The notes beneath the pieces are model-generated. The model saw only the letters and a program-made list of their open reading frames with translations. It ran no database searches and was not told the DNA's origin. The translations under genes and the position numbers were made by a program. A stretch of DNA of 64,000 nucleotides from Nitrospirales bacterium (GTDB lineage: Bacteria; Nitrospirota; Nitrospiria; Nitrospirales; UBA8639): positions 256,001 to 320,000 of the forward strand of contig OY729426.1 of the NCBI GenBank assembly GCA_963422365.1, read 5' to 3'. Position 1 is the first letter of the stretch. Every line of letters begins with the position of its first letter. This document shows positions 59,414 through 64,000 of this stretch, piece by piece.

Positions 59414-61780
59414 ATGCCCACGTTGAAGTCTCGACTCCAAGCTTCAGGAACCCGCCATCTGACAAAATCCCTCCTGTGGCCTGCATTGATTGTCAGCGGG
59501 CTGACGGTCGGAGGAGCAGGGGCGTTGGCCTGGCATCTCGCAAAAGGGCTTCCCTCGCTCGATGGGCTCCGGGAGTACCAGCCAAGCCTGATTACAAAGG
59601 TGGAGGCGGATAACCGTCAGGTTATAGGACAATTCTATGTGGAACGCAGAATTTTAACCCCTCTGCATGAAGTCCCCCAGCATTTAATCAACGCCGTCAT
59701 TGCAGTCGAAGATGCCCGGTTTTTCGAGCACCCGGGCTTGGACGTCTGGGGTATCTTTCGAGCCGCATGGACGAATTTCAAACGTGGAGGAAAGGTTGAA
59801 GGCGCCAGTACGATTACCCAACAACTGGCAAGATCCCTGTTTTTAACCACGGAACGGACCTTCCAGCGCAAAATACGGGAACTCTTTCTTGCCATGAAAA
59901 TGGAATTCATTCTGACGAAGGAACAAATTCTCGAGATGTATTTCAATCAGATCTACTTCGGCCATGGGGCCTATGGGGTTGGCACCGCGTCCTTAACGTA
60001 TTTTGGCAAAGAGTTATCTGAATTAAGGCTACCAGAGTCAGCATTTCTCGCCGGACTGCTGAAGGCCCCCAATACCTATTCCCCTTACAAAAACTACGAC
60101 CTCGCGAAGAAACGCCAGGAACACGTACTGAGAAGGATGGTCCAAGCCGGCTTTCTGACGCAGTCCCTTGCCCGGGAGACGAGCGCGACCCCGCTGTCCT
60201 TTACCCGTCAATCCTTCGAACGCGTGGCCCCGTATTTTCTTGAAGACGTCCGCCAGCACCTGGTCAACGAATACGGTGAGGCCATGGCGTATAAAGGAGG
60301 GCTGCGGGTTTCCACAACCCTGAATATTCAGATGCAACACCGCGCCGAGGAGGCCTTAAGGAAGGGGCTGCGCGAACTCGATAAACGACAGGGTTGGCGC
60401 GGACCGATCCGTCATGAAGATCCACCGGCAATGCTTCCGGAAAAGCCCACCGCCGACTTCCCTGCGTTTGGGGAAATCATGGAAGGCCTTGTCGTGAACG
60501 TCTCCCAAAAGGAAGTCACGGTCTTGGTGCATGACCTGATCGGCACCATCACCTTATCGGACATGCGATGGGCGAAACGTCGGATCCCCGAAGGAGCGTC
60601 AGTCAGCGAAGCGAGCGTGATTCCCATCACCTCGGCCCGGCAATTGGTCCGGCCGGGAGACGTAATAGAAGTCTCGTTGAAATCGACCCGCAACAATACG
60701 ATCCGATTCCGTCTGGATCAAACTCCCCTGGTCGAAGGAGCGCTCATTGCGATCGATCCCAGAACCGGCGCGGTTCGAGCGATGGTCGGTGGGTATCATT
60801 TCAAACGGAGTCAATTCAACCGCGCCTTATTGGCCATTCGGCAACCCGGGTCCGCTTTCAAACCGATCATTTATGCCACAGCCATCGATCAAGGCCTGAC
60901 GCCCGCCACGCTCATTCTCGATGCTCCCGTGGTGTATAGACAAGAAGAGCCTGGAAAAACCTGGAAACCGGAAAACTATGAAAAACGCTTTTTCGGCCCG
61001 ATCACCGTACGAGAAGCCTTACGCCACTCCAGAAACGCAGCGACGATCCGCTTGCTCGAACAAACAGGCATTCGCCGCGTCATCAATTTTTCACGCTCCC
61101 TCGGCATTCAAAGCCCATTAAGCCCGGACCTGTCATTGGCGCTCGGCTCTTCAGGCCTGACGCTTCAAGAGCTCACCGCGACATATGGTGTATTTGCCAA
61201 CCAGGGACTTGCGTTGGAACCCTATACTATTTCTCTGATCAGAGATCAGCAAGACAACATTTTGGAACAACACGTCTTCGAACCCCGGCAAGCCGTCTCC
61301 AAAGAAACCGCCTATTTGATTACGCACATGATGATGGATGTCATTCAAAGTGGAACAGGCAAACGAGCGCGCTCAATCGGGCAGCCCCTGGCCGGCAAAA
61401 CCGGCACCACAAACAGCTACCGCGATGCGTGGTTTCTCGGATATGCTCCGAATCTCGTCACCGGCGTATGGGTAGGATTCGACAGCATGGGAACGCTCGG
61501 AAAAATGGAGTCCGGAGCCCATGCCGCACTTCCCATCTGGAAAGACTTCATGACGGAAGCACTCAAAATGCTGCCCGTCATGACTTTCTCGGTTCCGGAT
61601 GGGATTCAGTTTGTCGAAGTCGACCGACAAACCGGCACCCTTGCCAACAAGCCGTCAAAACGCACCAGAACTGAAGTCTTTGCGGACGGAACGATTCCTC
61701 AACACCCCAGCCGCCGTCCGGTTGATCCCTTGGATTTCTATGAATTCGATCAACTCGAGCAGACTGTCGAAACCCAGTAG
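59414..61780 (+). CDS. mrcA: class A penicillin-binding protein 1A
   Basis: EDARFFEH, GASTITQQL, RKIRE, SAFK (SxxK), SRN, KTGT. Confidence 0.93.
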   Translation: MPTLKSRLQASGTRHLTKSLLWPALIVSGLTVGGAGALAWHLAKGLPSLDGLREYQPSLITKVEADNRQVIGQFYVERRILTPLHEVPQHLINAVIAVEDARFFEHPGLDVWGIFRAAWTNFKRGGKVEGASTITQQLARSLFLTTERTFQRKIRELFLAMKMEFILTKEQILEMYFNQIYFGHGAYGVGTASLTYFGKELSELRLPESAFLAGLLKAPNTYSPYKNYDLAKKRQEHVLRRMVQAGFLTQSLARETSATPLSFTRQSFERVAPYFLEDVRQHLVNEYGEAMAYKGGLRVSTTLNIQMQHRAEEALRKGLRELDKRQGWRGPIRHEDPPAMLPEKPTADFPAFGEIMEGLVVNVSQKEVTVLVHDLIGTITLSDMRWAKRRIPEGASVSEASVIPITSARQLVRPGDVIEVSLKSTRNNTIRFRLDQTPLVEGALIAIDPRTGAVRAMVGGYHFKRSQFNRALLAIRQPGSAFKPIIYATAIDQGLTPATLILDAPVVYRQEEPGKTWKPENYEKRFFGPITVREALRHSRNAATIRLLEQTGIRRVINFSRSLGIQSPLSPDLSLALGSSGLTLQELTATYGVFANQGLALEPYTISLIRDQQDNILEQHVFEPRQAVSKETAYLITHMMMDVIQSGTGKRARSIGQPLAGKTGTTNSYRDAWFLGYAPNLVTGVWVGFDSMGTLGKMESGAHAALPIWKDFMTEALKMLPVMTFSVPDGIQFVEVDRQTGTLANKPSKRTRTEVFADGTIPQHPSRRPVDPLDFYEFDQLEQTVETQ

Positions 61781-61856
61781 GGGCGGAAGAGGACAAGGAG
61801 TTGCCTCCCGAGGTTTGCCGTTTGGCAGCGTTCCGATTGTCTGCTAGAAAAGAAGT

Positions 61857-63514
<1,658 letters not shown>

Positions 63515-63515
<1 letters not shown>

Positions 63516-64000
63516 TGGTGGCCATCCACTATCATGCCGGACGGTTTCCGCCCGATGACCGCATCGATTGGCAGAAGCTGGTCCCGTTCATCGGGTCGGC
63601 GGCTGCGGCGCTGGCCCGCTACGACGGGATGCTGGCGGCCATTCCCAACCCCGGTGTTCTGCCGGCGCCGCTATCCACCCAGGAAGCCGTGCTTTCCTCG
63701 CGAATCGAAGGCACTCAGGCCACCATGGGGGAGGTGCTGGAGTTCGAGGCAGGACGGGAACCCGACTCGCCCGCGCGCCGCAAGGACATCCAGGAGGTGC
63801 TGAACTACCGCAGCGCCATGCGGCAGGCGGAAAAATTATTGGAAGACCTGCCGTTGTCTCAGCGCGTTATCCGCGAGGTCCACACGGTTCTGCTCGCAGG
63901 AGTGCACGGCGAGGGGAAGTCCCCCGGCGAATTTCGGCGCATTCCCAACTGGATCGGACCGCCTGGCTGCACCATTGATGACGCCACATTCGTGCCCATC
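63515..64000 (+). CDS. Fic family protein (N-terminal part, runs off window end)
   Basis: TGATG overlap with hsdM; LARYDG, QEAVLSSRIEGTQ, EVLNY, PGEFR..NWIG. Confidence 0.85.

Overview
64 kb of bacterial chromosome. Gene content and style suggest Nitrospirota, which is an inference, not a database result. An intact housekeeping backbone (MltD-type lytic transglycosylase, pyrE, trmI, NfeD/SPFH, TrkA, lpxC, MlaA, M23 peptidase, topoisomerase IV-like A and B subunits, rubrerythrin/Fe-S oxidoreductase/DUF3501, erpA, queD, thioredoxin/peroxiredoxin, PBP1A) is interrupted by accessory patches whose genes are mostly broken. These patches are an IS481-like element plus hipBA (4.4-7.4 kb), toxin-antitoxin and type III R-M remnants between the two topoisomerase genes (32.5-35.8 kb), a 13.5 kb type I R-M island (44.8-58.3 kb), and a second type I R-M locus starting at 61.9 kb. 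The first type I locus has the most unusual structure. Its hsdS carries two target-recognition domains identical at the DNA level and a 30-bp palindromic insert in the linker. The interval between hsdM and hsdS holds several cargo cassettes separated by degenerate extra copies of the hsdM 3' end and hsdS 5' end. hsdM and hsdS are intact, while hsdR and nearly all cargo genes are frameshifted. No rRNA, tRNA or CRISPR array was seen. Many frameshifts lie in short homopolymers, so sequencing error cannot be excluded without reads.
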